A DNA stretch of 64,000 bases from Sphingomonas sp. Its GTDB lineage: Bacteria; Pseudomonadota; Alphaproteobacteria; Sphingomonadales; Sphingomonadaceae. Positions 1-10,055 of the stretch are shown one piece after another. Position numbers and translations under genes: made by a program. Every line of letters starts with the position of its first letter. The stretch's first letter is position 1. The notes below the pieces were generated by a model. The model worked only from the letters and a program-made list of their open reading frames with translations. It was not told the DNA's origin and searched no databases. The stretch lies in NCBI GenBank assembly GCA_965249015.1, contig CBDFLB010000002.1, forward strand, positions 45,802-109,801. Reading direction: 5' to 3'.

Positions 1-759
1 CGGCTGAAGAACATAATCGTCAGCATGATTATGTTCAGGCTGATGCGCAAAAACCCGGGTCCGGCAAAGGAACGGCTGATCGGCATGGTGCGCGACGCGC
101 TCGGCCCTAGTTACGATGTCGAGACGCATTTCACGCCCCGCTACAATCCGTGGGACCAGCGACTGTGCGCGGTGCCCGATTCCGACCTGTTCGACGCGAT
201 GAAGGCGGGGAGGGTTTCGATTGCGACCGACACCATTGAGACGTTTACCGACGCGGGTATCGAGCTGACGTCGGGCGCTACACTGGATGCGGATATCATC
301 GTTACTGCCACCGGGCTTGAGATGCAGTTGATGGGCGGGGCTGCGCTGTTCCTTGACGGGGCCAAGGTCGCAATGCCCGATACGATGATCTACAAGGGGA
401 TGATGTTCGGCGGGGTCCCTAATTTCAGCTATGTGATCGGCTACAACAACGCGTCGTGGACTTTGAAGGCGGACCTCAGCAGTGCCCATGCCTGTCGGAT
501 CATCACTTACATGGACCGGCGGAAATTCGTTTCAGTCGTTCCCCGGCTCAATCCGGCCGAGATGTCCGATGGCAATTTCTTCGGGCTGACGTCGGGCTAT
601 CTGACGCGGGCGCAGGACAAGGTTCCCAAACAGGGCATCCGCCATCCGTGGAAAGTTCATCACAACTATGCGCGCGATTATGCGTCGCTAAAGTTCGGCC
701 GCGTCGATGACGGCGTGCTGCACTTCTCCGGAGACCTTAAAGCCAGCCGCGCCGCCTGA
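1..759 (+). CDS. Flavin-dependent (class B / EthA-like) monooxygenase, C-terminal part; 5' end lies outside the window
   Basis: Frame 1 is open from base 1 (RLKNIIVS precedes the listed ATG at 25), so the gene is cut by the window edge. The C-terminal sequence IIVTATGLEMQLMGG...GVPNFSYVIGYNNASWTLKADL is typical of FAD/NADPH monooxygenases. Confidence 0.55.
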   Translation, partial: RLKNIIVSMIMFRLMRKNPGPAKERLIGMVRDALGPSYDVETHFTPRYNPWDQRLCAVPDSDLFDAMKAGRVSIATDTIETFTDAGIELTSGATLDADIIVTATGLEMQLMGGAALFLDGAKVAMPDTMIYKGMMFGGVPNFSYVIGYNNASWTLKADLSSAHACRIITYMDRRKFVSVVPRLNPAEMSDGNFFGLTSGYLTRAQDKVPKQGIRHPWKVHHNYARDYASLKFGRVDDGVLHFSGDLKASRAA

Positions 760-1720
760 AGAAAAGATAGGGCAGTACAGCAGACAACAGCATCACGATC
801 AGCGCCATCGGATAGCCGAACACCCACCTCAATTCAGGCATGTGATCGAAATTCATTCCGTAGATCGCGCCGACCAGCGTCGGCGGCAGCAGGATGACCG
901 AGGCCACTGAAAAAATCTTCAGAATCGCGTTCTGTTCGATGCTGATGAGGCCGAGCGACGCGTCGAGGAGGAAGGTGATATTATTCGACAGGAACGCCGA
1001 ATGATCAATGAGCGAATCGGTGTCGCTGCTGAGGCTGCGGAGATGATCGCGCTGCACGGCGTCGCCGCGAAAGTGCGAGCACGCAGCAACGAAACCGAGC
1101 ACGCGCGCCGTACTCCCCGCAGTCTCGCGTGCCTTGGCGAGCAGGTTCTGCGTGTCGCCGATACGGTTCAGCAACGCTTCGAGCGTCAGCGAAGGAATCC
1201 GTCGGCCGCGCTCCCCCGGAGTCCGGCGAAAGACGCGTCTGGATATTTGGTCGATCTCGGCGGCGACGAGTTCGAGCGCGTCCGCCAGCCGATCGACGAT
1301 GGCCTCAAGGAGACGGCCGAGCGTTTCCATGGCACTGCCCAGCAGTTCGGGCTGCCGCGCGATATGGTCGGCGAACACCCTGAACGGTTTGGGATCGGCA
1401 TAGCGGACCGTCACCAGATGCGATGCGCTGAGCACGAACGAGATCGGCGAGGCAATCGGGTCGCCTTCATCGAGACCTGCCAGCACGGTGGCTGTCATGT
1501 AGACCGCGCCATGTTCCTCATAAAGACGGCTCGACGGTTCGATTTCGGCCATCTCCTCACGCGTGGGTATGCTTAGGCCCAGCGCGCGCTCGACGAGCTG
1601 CTCTTCGGCATGCGTGGGTTCGAGCAAATCGATCCAGATCGTATCCGACGGGAGCTCGGCATTGTCTTCGGCAAGCATGACGCACGCGGCCGGTGAAGAA
1701 GATCGGAAGACACGAAGCAC
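737..1720 (-). CDS. corA: Magnesium/cobalt transporter CorA
   Basis: 327-aa ORF whose C-terminal two-TM region carries the CorA signature YGMNF (GAIYGMNFDHMPEL). The true start may be GTG 1720 or ATG 1678. Confidence 0.85.
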   Translation of the reverse strand: MLRVFRSSSPAACVMLAEDNAELPSDTIWIDLLEPTHAEEQLVERALGLSIPTREEMAEIEPSSRLYEEHGAVYMTATVLAGLDEGDPIASPISFVLSASHLVTVRYADPKPFRVFADHIARQPELLGSAMETLGRLLEAIVDRLADALELVAAEIDQISRRVFRRTPGERGRRIPSLTLEALLNRIGDTQNLLAKARETAGSTARVLGFVAACSHFRGDAVQRDHLRSLSSDTDSLIDHSAFLSNNITFLLDASLGLISIEQNAILKIFSVASVILLPPTLVGAIYGMNFDHMPELRWVFGYPMALIVMLLSAVLPYLFFRRRGWL

Positions 1721-1766
1721 CGAAGGGCGCTAGCGCATCCGGTCGCGCAACGGCAATCCCAGAATA

Positions 1767-1841
1767 TGGCTCCCCGGGCCTGATTCGAACAGGCGACCAT
1801 TCGATTAACAGTCGAACGCTCTACCGCTGAGCTACCGGGGA
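1767..1841 (-). tRNA. tRNA-Asn (anticodon GTT)
   Basis: 75-nt cloverleaf read on the minus strand: acceptor TCCCCGG/CCGGGGA, D-arm GCTC..GAGC, anticodon stem TTCGA/TCGAA with loop CTGTTAA, T-arm GCCTG-TTCGAAT-CAGGC, encoded CCA. Confidence 0.9.
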
Positions 1842-1888
1842 ACATTGGCAGGCGCGGCCCGTAGCATCGCCGCCGCCCGCTTTGCAAG

Positions 1889-2668
1889 TCAGACCGCGAA
1901 TTGTTCCATTGCGATCCGGTCGTCGAGCGCATGTTCAGGGTCGAAGAGAAGCTTCAGTGGCGCAGATCGATCGATCGAAACGGTGACAGTCGCCACATCG
2001 CGAACTTCGCGCTGGTCGGCCACGGCAGACACGGGGCGTTTTATCGCGTCGAGAACCCGAAACCGGATCGTCGCCCGCTCAGGCAGGATCGCGCCACGCC
2101 AGCGGCGCGGCCGGAACGGGCTGATCGGCGTCAAGGCAAGCAAAGCCGACCCGAGCGGAAGGATCGGGCCCTGCGCTGAAAAATTATAGGCGGTCGATCC
2201 CGCCGGCGTGGCGACGAGAACACCGTCGCAGACGAGTTCGGGTATTACGATCCGATCGTTGACGATGACTTCGAGTTTCGCGGTCTGTCGCGTTTCGCGC
2301 AGAAGCGACACTTCGTTGATCGCAGGCAGGACGACGCGTTCACCATCGATCGTTTCAGCCTCCATGCGAAGCGGTGTCACGTCGAATTGCCTGGCACCGA
2401 CGATACGCTGGTCGAGCCCTTTGGGGCGCCACTCGTTCATCAGGAAGCCGACGGTACCGAGATTCATCCCGAAGACGGGAACGATCCGCCGCGCTTCGAG
2501 CATTGTGTGCAGCGTCTGGAGCATGAACCCGTCGCCGCCCAGCGCAACGATCATGTCTGCATCCTTCAAGGGGACCCAGTCGCGCCGCTCCGACAGCGAT
2601 CGTGCCGCTTCCGCCGCGGCATCGGTCGGCGACACCAACAACGCGCGTCGCGGCTCGGCCACGCTCAT
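1889..2668 (-). CDS. nadK: NAD(+) kinase
   Basis: 259 aa with the GGDGFML motif and an ATPAGSTAYNFSAQGPIL region characteristic of NAD kinases. Its start overlaps the moaA stop by 4 nt. Confidence 0.85.
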   Translation of the reverse strand: MSVAEPRRALLVSPTDAAAEAARSLSERRDWVPLKDADMIVALGGDGFMLQTLHTMLEARRIVPVFGMNLGTVGFLMNEWRPKGLDQRIVGARQFDVTPLRMEAETIDGERVVLPAINEVSLLRETRQTAKLEVIVNDRIVIPELVCDGVLVATPAGSTAYNFSAQGPILPLGSALLALTPISPFRPRRWRGAILPERATIRFRVLDAIKRPVSAVADQREVRDVATVTVSIDRSAPLKLLFDPEHALDDRIAMEQFAV

Positions 2669-3642
2669 CCGCCGGTAACGCTCATATGTCGCGTCGTGGC
2701 CGGCGTCCTGAGATCGAATTCGTGTCGACGCGGTTTCAGGCGAAGCGCTGTGTCGACAGCGTCGTCAAGCGCGGATTTGTCGCCCGAGCGAAGCGCGGAC
2801 CGCAGATCGATATTGTCTTCGTGGCCGAGGCACATGAAGAGTTGTCCGGACGCCGATACCCGGATGCGATTGCACGTGTCACAGAAATTGCGCGTCAGCG
2901 GAGAGATGAGACCAAGCGTCGTTCCGAGTTCGGGTATATCCCAATAGCGTGCCGGGCCGCCGGTCTTGCGATCGCTCGGCCGGAGCGTGAAGACGCCTGC
3001 CAACCGCTCGTGTACGACCGATAACGGCACGAACCGGTCGGTACGGTCCTCGTCGATCTGACCCAGCGGCATCGTCTCGATCAGCGACAGGTCGTGGCCC
3101 TCCTGTCCGCACCACCGCAACATCGTCTCGATTTCGTCGTCGTTGATCGCTTTCAACGCCACCATGTTGATTTTGACTGCAAGCCCAGCCGCCTTTGCCG
3201 CCGCGATTCCCGCGAGCACGCGCGCAAGGTCTCCGCGCCGGGTGATAAAGCGGAACCGGTCCGGATCACGCGTGTCCAAACTTACGTTGATGCGCCTTAC
3301 GCCGGCATCGTGCAGCGGTTCGGCAAATTCGGCGAGCCGCGTTCCGTTGGTCGTCAGGGTCAGCTCGTCGAGGCCCCCCGGACCGATCAGCCGGCCGATA
3401 CCCGCCGCGACCTGCAGCGCGCCGCGCCTTGCCAGCGGTTCGCCACCGGTCAGCCGGATGCGCCTGACGCCGCGCGCGACGAAACGTTGCGCAAGTTCGA
3501 CGATTTCTTCGAGGCTAAGAACTTCGCTGCGCGGCAGGAACGTCATGTCTTCGGCCATGCAATAGCGGCAACGCATGTCGCAGCGATCGGTGAGTGACAG
3601 GCGGACATAGTCGATGCGGCGGCCAAAGGCGTCGTTCAGCAT
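2665..3642 (-). CDS. moaA: GTP 3',8-cyclase MoaA (radical SAM)
   Basis: Radical-SAM cluster motif CDMRCRYC follows MLNDAFGRRIDYVRLSLTDRC, and the protein ends in GG. ATG 3642 was chosen because it gives the canonical MoaA N-terminus. The ORF stays open up to 3726, so the start is uncertain. Confidence 0.85.
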   Translation of the reverse strand: MLNDAFGRRIDYVRLSLTDRCDMRCRYCMAEDMTFLPRSEVLSLEEIVELAQRFVARGVRRIRLTGGEPLARRGALQVAAGIGRLIGPGGLDELTLTTNGTRLAEFAEPLHDAGVRRINVSLDTRDPDRFRFITRRGDLARVLAGIAAAKAAGLAVKINMVALKAINDDEIETMLRWCGQEGHDLSLIETMPLGQIDEDRTDRFVPLSVVHERLAGVFTLRPSDRKTGGPARYWDIPELGTTLGLISPLTRNFCDTCNRIRVSASGQLFMCLGHEDNIDLRSALRSGDKSALDDAVDTALRLKPRRHEFDLRTPATTRHMSVTGG

Positions 3643-3754
3643 GGGGGAAGTGCGCGGAACCATCGGCGTTAAACTAGGCGCAACGGAGGAATTGGGCAAA
3701 TGTACAGTTGGCGCGCGCCGATGCACCGGGTAGCAGAGAAGGACGGGGGGCAGA

Positions 3755-5467
3755 TTGACGCGATCAAAGCATCTTGATGTAAAAGCGGCGGCACCTCGAA
3801 TTTTCTTATTGGCGGCCGCGCGTCAAGGCGATCTCGTCGCCAAGCTAAATCGACCGATCATCTTTCACGGAGGCGGCACCGATCCGACGTCCGACTTCGT
3901 CGCCAGCGGCGCTTCGATTTGCATCGTCGACCCTTCGGGCTTGGACGCTCCAAACCTGAACGCAGTCGCGGGCGCAGTAACGCTTGCCCGCGCGGCGATG
4001 ATCGTGATCGCCCGACCCGACGATCGCGCGCTCGACGCGCTGCTAGACAGCGGGGCGACACACTATCTTCCCCGCCCGTTCGACGACGGAGACCTTGCGC
4101 GGGTCCTGCGCCTCGCGGAGCGTTACGTCAGTCGCATCCGCAGACAGGTCGACCGGCGGGCGACGCCCGCGCGGGCCTTCGCGGTCGAAAGTGAAACGCG
4201 CGCGCGCGAACGGATTGCCGTGCGTCTGGCAGCCACCTCTGCATCGCTGGGGCTCTTGCTTATCGCCTTCACGCGCTTCGACATGATCAACACCGCGTTC
4301 GGGCGTGACACCGGAGACGTTCTCATCGATGCCGTGGCGGATCGCATTGACCCGCTGATCCGTGAAATGGGAGGGAAGGGTGCGTTCCTGGCGCGCACAG
4401 GTGGTGCCGAATTCGTCGCGACGATCGAAGAGATCGATGACGCCGCGCGGCTCGTGCTGGCCAGACGCATCGTTGAGCGCGTCGAACGACCATTTCTGGC
4501 GAACGGGCATATGGTCACGCTCGGCTGCCGTATCGGTATCGTGAAAAGTGTCGAGGGCGACGACGTGACGCGATTGCTGCGGCGCGGGGCCGCTGCGCTG
4601 GCCGATGCGAAAGTCGGTGAACGATCCAATGTGAAGATTCTGAGTGCAGAAGATGAGCGCGCTGTGCTGTTCGACAGTGCGCTGCAGGCCGACCTGCGGC
4701 ATGCGCTCGAACGTGACGAGATCGAGATCCTTTACCAGCCTCAGCTGTCGATCGCCGACGGCCGGATGGCGGGCGTCGAAGCGCTGGCGCGGTGGCGTCA
4801 TCCCGATCACGGTGAGCTGGGCGCTGGAACGCTGTTCGCCGTTGCCGAGCGATCGGAGTATCTCGCGACGCTGTCCGCCTACATACAGCGGCGTGCGCTG
4901 ACCGATGCGATGGCTTGGCCCGGCGCGCTTTCTCACCTGCGTCTCGCGATCAACCTGACCGCAGGCGACATCGCACGTGCAGGCTTCGTCGAAGATTTTC
5001 TCGCGATCGTTGCGACGAGCGGCTTTCCGACCGACCGGTTGACGGTTGAGATCACCGAGGGCGGGCTGATGGAAGACCTCAATTCGGCAGCGACCGTGCT
5101 CGCGACGCTGCGCGCCGGCGGATGCCGGGTGGCGATCGACGATTTCGGCACGGGTTATTCGAGCCTCGCCTACCTCAAAGCTCTTCCGCTCGACTATCTC
5201 AAGATCGACAAGCAGATGGCGCAGGACATCGGCGGTTCGACCCGCGACCGGATCGTCGTGCGCGGCGTCATCGACATGGCGCGTTCGCTCGGCCTTGCGG
5301 TCATCGCCGAAGGGGTCGAGACCGACGAGCAACTGGCTTTGCTCGCCGCCGAGGGCTGTAATTTTTATCAGGGCTTTCTGTTCGCCGAAGCGGTGAACAC
5401 CGACATGCTTGTGGACTTGCTGGCCAAAACGGGTCGAAGTCCGCCTGCAAAGCAGGAGCGGGCTTAG
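3755..5467 (+). CDS. GGDEF-EAL signalling protein (degenerate GGAEF cyclase motif, apparently intact EAL phosphodiesterase domain)
   Basis: 570 aa. The GGDEF-type domain reads TGGAEF. The EAL domain has [37 protein letters not shown] and QGF motifs. The N-terminal ~130 aa looks receiver-like. Confidence 0.8.
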   Translation: MTRSKHLDVKAAAPRIFLLAAARQGDLVAKLNRPIIFHGGGTDPTSDFVASGASICIVDPSGLDAPNLNAVAGAVTLARAAMIVIARPDDRALDALLDSGATHYLPRPFDDGDLARVLRLAERYVSRIRRQVDRRATPARAFAVESETRARERIAVRLAATSASLGLLLIAFTRFDMINTAFGRDTGDVLIDAVADRIDPLIREMGGKGAFLARTGGAEFVATIEEIDDAARLVLARRIVERVERPFLANGHMVTLGCRIGIVKSVEGDDVTRLLRRGAAALADAKVGERSNVKILSAEDERAVLFDSALQADLRHALERDEIEILYQPQLSIADGRMAGVEALARWRHPDHGELGAGTLFAVAERSEYLATLSAYIQRRALTDAMAWPGALSHLRLAINLTAGDIARAGFVEDFLAIVATSGFPTDRLTVEITEGGLMEDLNSAATVLATLRAGGCRVAIDDFGTGYSSLAYLKALPLDYLKIDKQMAQDIGGSTRDRIVVRGVIDMARSLGLAVIAEGVETDEQLALLAAEGCNFYQGFLFAEAVNTDMLVDLLAKTGRSPPAKQERA

Positions 5468-6237
5468 TCGTTGCCAAAGACGCTTCCCAAGATCCCGCCG
5501 ATGGCAGCCCCGCCGAGTCCCGAGCCGACGACACTGGATACCGTTCCCGAATCGCTGCCGCTGTGGTTTCCGGGCAGGTAGCGTCCGATCTCTTCGGCGA
5601 GGTTCATGATCGGCATCGATTGCAGCCAGACCTTGCCGGGCCCGGTGAGCGTCGCGAGGAACAGGCCTTCACCGCCGAACAGGATGTTGCGGAAACCGCG
5701 CATCATCTGGATGTCGAATTCGACGCTTGGCTCGAACATCCCGACGTGACCGGCGTGGACGATTAGCCGTTCGCCGGGGGCCAGCGTCTTCTCGACGACC
5801 TCGCCCGAAAGGTCGAGGAACGCCGTTCCCGGGCCTTTGACATGCTGCAGAATGAAACCGTCGCCGCCGAACACGCCAGCGCCGAAGCGACGCTGAAACG
5901 CGATGTCGAGTTCGACCGATATCTCGGCACAAAGAAAGGTTTCCTTGCGGCAGATCATCGTCTGGCCGGGGCGCAGAATTTCGGCGACGATCTGTCCGGG
6001 AAAGCGCGGGGCGAACGCGATATGCCCCGGCTGGTCGGCAATGAATTCGGTGATGAACAAGCCTCCACCGCTTACCGCGCGCTTCAGTCCGGCCAGCAAC
6101 CCGCCACCCGTGTGCGTGTCGATGCGGATCGTGTCCGACATCCACGCCATGCTGGCGGTCTGGCTATAGAGCCGCTCGCCCTGAGCGAGGTCGATCGCAA
6201 CGGTCTGCATCGTGGTGCCGGAAATTTCGTAGCGCAT
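5464..6237 (-). CDS. TIGR00266/AIM24-family protein (DUF124)
   Basis: 257 aa. The N-terminus [34 protein letters not shown] and a Gly-rich C-terminal tail match my memory of the TIGR00266 family. Its stop is interlocked with the GGDEF-EAL stop. Confidence 0.55.
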   Translation of the reverse strand: MRYEISGTTMQTVAIDLAQGERLYSQTASMAWMSDTIRIDTHTGGGLLAGLKRAVSGGGLFITEFIADQPGHIAFAPRFPGQIVAEILRPGQTMICRKETFLCAEISVELDIAFQRRFGAGVFGGDGFILQHVKGPGTAFLDLSGEVVEKTLAPGERLIVHAGHVGMFEPSVEFDIQMMRGFRNILFGGEGLFLATLTGPGKVWLQSMPIMNLAEEIGRYLPGNHSGSDSGTVSSVVGSGLGGAAIGGILGSVFGND

Positions 6238-6272
6238 CGGTTGGTTCCCCGCGGGATATCTTTCAGTCTAGC

Positions 6273-9200
6273 TCAGCCGAGCAGCTTCGCCAGTCCTTTC
6301 GACAACTGGAGCGCGCCGTTCAGACGGGCAACGGAATCGGCCCAGTCGCGCGCGATGCTGAGCTTCATGTCGGGGCGCAGCTTGGCCGACCCCTTTAACC
6401 GCTCGACATAGGCAAGCAGCCCATCGACATTCGGAAAGCTGTCGTTCCAGAAACTGACCAGTGCGCCCTTTGCACCCACATCGATTTTAGCGATGTGCGC
6501 GAGCCGGGCGTTCAGCTTGATCGCGATCAGTTTGAGCAGATTGTTCGTGGATTCGGGAAGCGGGCCGAAGCGGTCGATCATTTCGGCTGCGAACGCTTCT
6601 ATCGCCGCGGCGTCGGTCAAATCATTGATGCGGCGGTAAAGACTCATGCGCAGGTCGAGGTCGGGGACATAGTCTTCGGTGATCAGGATCGGCGCGTCGA
6701 TCGTGATTTGTGGCGAAAAGTCGGACGCGCGTTCGGTCGCGATGCCGCCCGCTTTGGCTTCCAGGATCGCTTCCTCGAGCATTGCCTGATAAAGTTCGAA
6801 GCCGACCTCGCGAATGTGTCCCGACTGTTCGTCGCCGAGCAGATTGCCTGCCCCGCGGATATCGAGGTCGTGGCTCGCAAGCTGGAACCCTGCGCCAAGG
6901 CTATCGAGATCGGACAGCACTTTCAGGCGTTTGTCGGCACCTTCGGTCATCTGGCGACCCGAAGCGGTCGTCATGTAGGCGTAAGCGCGCGTCTTCGATC
7001 GTCCGACGCGTCCGCGCAACTGATACAGTTGGGCGAGGCCGAACCGGTCCGCGCGGTGGATGATCATGGTGTTCGCACTCGGGATGTCGAGACCCGATTC
7101 GACGATCGTCGTCGACAGCAGCACGTCGTACCTGCGATCGTAAAACGCCGACATGCGCTCTTCGACCTCGGTCGGCGACATCTGGCCGTGCGCGGTAACC
7201 AGCCGCACTTCGGGCACGTCCTTACGCACGAACGCCTCGACATCGGGCAGGTCGGCGATGCGCGGCACGACAAAAAAGCTCTGGCCGCCGCGATAATGTT
7301 CGCGCAGCAAAGCTTCGCGAAGGACGACCGGATCCCAGGGCATCACATAGGTCCGCACCGCGAGGCGATCGACCGGCGGCGTCTGGATGACCGACAGTTC
7401 GCGCAGGCCCGACATTGCCATCTGCAGCGTGCGCGGGATCGGCGTGGCCGTCAGCGTCAGCATGTGGACGTCGGTCTTGAGCGCCTTCAGTCGCTCCTTG
7501 TGCGTGACGCCGAAGCGCTGCTCCTCGTCGACGATCACGAGGCCGAGACGCTTGAACGCGACCGATTTCGCGAGGATCGCGTGCGTGCCGATGACGATGT
7601 CGATGCGGCCTTCTGCGACGCCGTCACGCGTCGCCTTGGCTTCGGCAACAGGAACGAGGCGTGACAATCGACCGATGTTCAGCGGAAAGCCCTGAAAGCG
7701 CTCGACAAAGGTACGATGGTGCTGGCGCGCGAGCAGGGTGGTCGGACAGACGAGTGCGACCTGATGACCCGCCATCGCCGCGGTAAACGCCGCACGCAGC
7801 GCGACTTCGGTCTTGCCGAAGCCGACGTCGCCGCAGACGAGGCGGTCCATCGGCGTGCCGCTCGACAAATCGCTAAGAACATCCTCGATCGCGCGGTCCT
7901 GATCGTCGGTTTCCTGATAGGGGAAGCGGTCGACGAACTCGTTGTAACTCCCGTCACGTTCGATCACGTCGGCAGGACGTAGCGCGCGTTCGGCGGCGAC
8001 TGCGATCAGGTCACCCGCGATTTCGCGGATGCGCTCCTTCATTTTCGACTTGCGGCGCTGCCAACCTTCGCCGCCGAGGCGGTCGAGCGCAACGCCGTCG
8101 CTTTCGGAACCGTAGCGCGAGATGACGTCGAGATTCTCGACCGGCACGAACAGCTTGTCGCCGCCGGCATAAGTCAGTGCCACGCAATCGTGCGGCGACG
8201 CGCCGACGGGGATCGACGTCAACCCTTCATAGCGACCGATGCCATGATCGCGGTGCACCACGAGGTCGCCGGGGCTCAGCATCGCCAATTCGGACATGAA
8301 GGCGTCGGCAGACTTCTTGCGCTTGTTGCGCCGGACGAGACGATCGCCGAGAAGATCCTGTTCGGTGACGATCGCGACCGCAGGCGCTGCGAAGCCATGT
8401 TCGAGCGGCACGACAGCGAGTGCGACCCTGCCGCTCGCCGCGACGCCCTGCGCTTCTTGCCAGCTGTCGGCAATTGCGGTCCGGTCGAGCCCGTGATCGG
8501 CGAGCAGTCCGGCGATACGCTGACGCGACCCGGCTGAATAACTGGCGAGGATCAGCCCCGTCTGGCCGAGCTTTCGGACATGGTCGGCGAGGGCATCGTA
8601 GACGTTTTCAGAGCGACTGCGTTCGGGGCCGAAGTCGCGCGGTCCGTCGATCCCGAAATCGAGCGTCGTCGCCGACGGCGGCGCGTGGAACGACGTTGCA
8701 GCGTGAACCGGACGATTTGCGTTGAATGCGTCCCAGTCCGCAACCTGCAAGTACAAGGTGTCCGGACCGAGCGGCCGGTAGCTGCCCGGGTCCGAAGAGG
8801 CGGCGCGGACGCGATTGACGTGATAGTCGGTGATCGCCTCGAAGCGGGCGTCGGCAGCACCCGTGCTTCCCGCATCGCGGACGATGATATCGCTATCGGT
8901 CAGATGATCGAACAGCGTGACCAGCCGCTCTTCGAGCAGCGGCAGCCAGTGATCCATTCCGGACAGGCGGCGGCCCTCGCTGATCGCCTGATAAAGCGGA
9001 TCGCCGGTCGCGGTCGCACCGAAGACTTCGCGGTAGCGTGTCCGGAAGCGCTTGATCGTCTCGTCGTCGAGCAGCGATTCGGAGGCGGGGATCAGCGTGA
9101 ACGTCTCGACCCGCGCGATCGTGCGCTGGTCAGCGGGATCGAAAGCGCGAACGCTCTCGATCTCGTCACCGAAAAAATCGAGGCGCAGCGCGTGCGGCAA

Positions 9201-9725
9201 TCCGGCGGGGTAAAGGTCGACAAGGCTGCCGCGCACCGCGAAGTCGCCGGCGTCGGCGACGGTTTCGCTGCGCACATAGCCGTTGGCACTGAGCAGTGCT
9301 GCGAGAGCATCGCGGTCATAGCGCTCGCCCGGCGCAAGACGCGCGGTTAGCGCCCGGAGGCGGAATGGTGTCAACACGCGCTGCGTGACCGCATTGACCG
9401 TGGTGATCAGCAGCTGGGGCCGGGTCGACTTGACCTGAAGCGCGGCGAGCGTCGCCATGCGTTCGGACGTGATTCGCAACGAAGGCGAAGCGCGATCGTA
9501 GGGCAGGCAGTCCCAAGCCGGGAACATCAGTATCTCGACTTCGGGCGCGAACCACGACGCCGCGTCGGCGACCGCGCGCATCGCGGCATCGTCGGCGGCA
9601 ATCAGCACCGCGCGCGTTGCGGCGGCGCGAGCGAGGTCGGTCATCAGCGAAGGCAGGAAGCCGTCGGGCACGCCTGCCAGGGTCAGCGATGCGCGCGCCG
9701 CCTTTATCCGCGAAAGATCTGTCAT
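6273..9725 (-). CDS. mfd: Transcription-repair coupling factor Mfd
   Basis: 1150 aa. Superfamily-2 helicase motifs GDVGFGKTEVA, DEEQRFG and TATPIPRT, plus QLYQLRGRVGRS, with a UvrB-homology N-terminal region. Confidence 0.95.
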   Translation of the reverse strand: MTDLSRIKAARASLTLAGVPDGFLPSLMTDLARAAATRAVLIAADDAAMRAVADAASWFAPEVEILMFPAWDCLPYDRASPSLRITSERMATLAALQVKSTRPQLLITTVNAVTQRVLTPFRLRALTARLAPGERYDRDALAALLSANGYVRSETVADAGDFAVRGSLVDLYPAGLPHALRLDFFGDEIESVRAFDPADQRTIARVETFTLIPASESLLDDETIKRFRTRYREVFGATATGDPLYQAISEGRRLSGMDHWLPLLEERLVTLFDHLTDSDIIVRDAGSTGAADARFEAITDYHVNRVRAASSDPGSYRPLGPDTLYLQVADWDAFNANRPVHAATSFHAPPSATTLDFGIDGPRDFGPERSRSENVYDALADHVRKLGQTGLILASYSAGSRQRIAGLLADHGLDRTAIADSWQEAQGVAASGRVALAVVPLEHGFAAPAVAIVTEQDLLGDRLVRRNKRKKSADAFMSELAMLSPGDLVVHRDHGIGRYEGLTSIPVGASPHDCVALTYAGGDKLFVPVENLDVISRYGSESDGVALDRLGGEGWQRRKSKMKERIREIAGDLIAVAAERALRPADVIERDGSYNEFVDRFPYQETDDQDRAIEDVLSDLSSGTPMDRLVCGDVGFGKTEVALRAAFTAAMAGHQVALVCPTTLLARQHHRTFVERFQGFPLNIGRLSRLVPVAEAKATRDGVAEGRIDIVIGTHAILAKSVAFKRLGLVIVDEEQRFGVTHKERLKALKTDVHMLTLTATPIPRTLQMAMSGLRELSVIQTPPVDRLAVRTYVMPWDPVVLREALLREHYRGGQSFFVVPRIADLPDVEAFVRKDVPEVRLVTAHGQMSPTEVEERMSAFYDRRYDVLLSTTIVESGLDIPSANTMIIHRADRFGLAQLYQLRGRVGRSKTRAYAYMTTASGRQMTEGADKRLKVLSDLDSLGAGFQLASHDLDIRGAGNLLGDEQSGHIREVGFELYQAMLEEAILEAKAGGIATERASDFSPQITIDAPILITEDYVPDLDLRMSLYRRINDLTDAAAIEAFAAEMIDRFGPLPESTNNLLKLIAIKLNARLAHIAKIDVGAKGALVSFWNDSFPNVDGLLAYVERLKGSAKLRPDMKLSIARDWADSVARLNGALQLSKGLAKLLG

Positions 9726-9988
9726 TCAGCGACGGGAATGTAGTCGAGCCGCTGCATCGCGGCGATCAACGGCCCGGCGATATGAGCGGGAACGGGCGCG
9801 GTGCCGATCGCCCAGGCGATGATATCGACATCTTGTTCGTCCATGAGCGCTTCGAACCAGCCGATTTCATCATCGTTCCAACCGCATGAAAAGCGGTCGA
9901 AGAACCCACCGACCATGAAGTCGGCTTCGCGCGTCCCGCGGTGCCAGCTGCGGAAGCGCAGGCGCTTGAGGCGGATTTCGCGGTCCAA
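9722..9988 (-). CDS. sdhE: FAD assembly factor SdhE (succinate dehydrogenase assembly factor 2, DUF339)
   Basis: Conserved core RLRFRSWHRGTREADFMVGGFFDRF...WFEALMDEQDVDIIAWAIG. I propose a TTG start at 9988, preceded by GGAG 7 nt upstream, giving 88 aa. The listed 146-aa ORF is an upstream extension. The stop overlaps the mfd ATG (ATGA). Confidence 0.75.
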   Translation of the reverse strand: MDREIRLKRLRFRSWHRGTREADFMVGGFFDRFSCGWNDDEIGWFEALMDEQDVDIIAWAIGTAPVPAHIAGPLIAAMQRLDYIPVAE

Positions 9989-10055
9989 GGGCAGTCTCCA
10001 ATGCAAAATGCCTCCCCGCGACAAACGCGGGAAGGTTGGTGTAGGACGCCCTAGC

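Noticed and set aside
3643-3754. A Moco riboswitch upstream of moaA.
   Set aside because: Only about 110 nt are available. Apart from a CCTCCG-like stretch, I could not recognise the conserved Moco motif helices. An Infernal scan with RF01055 would settle this.
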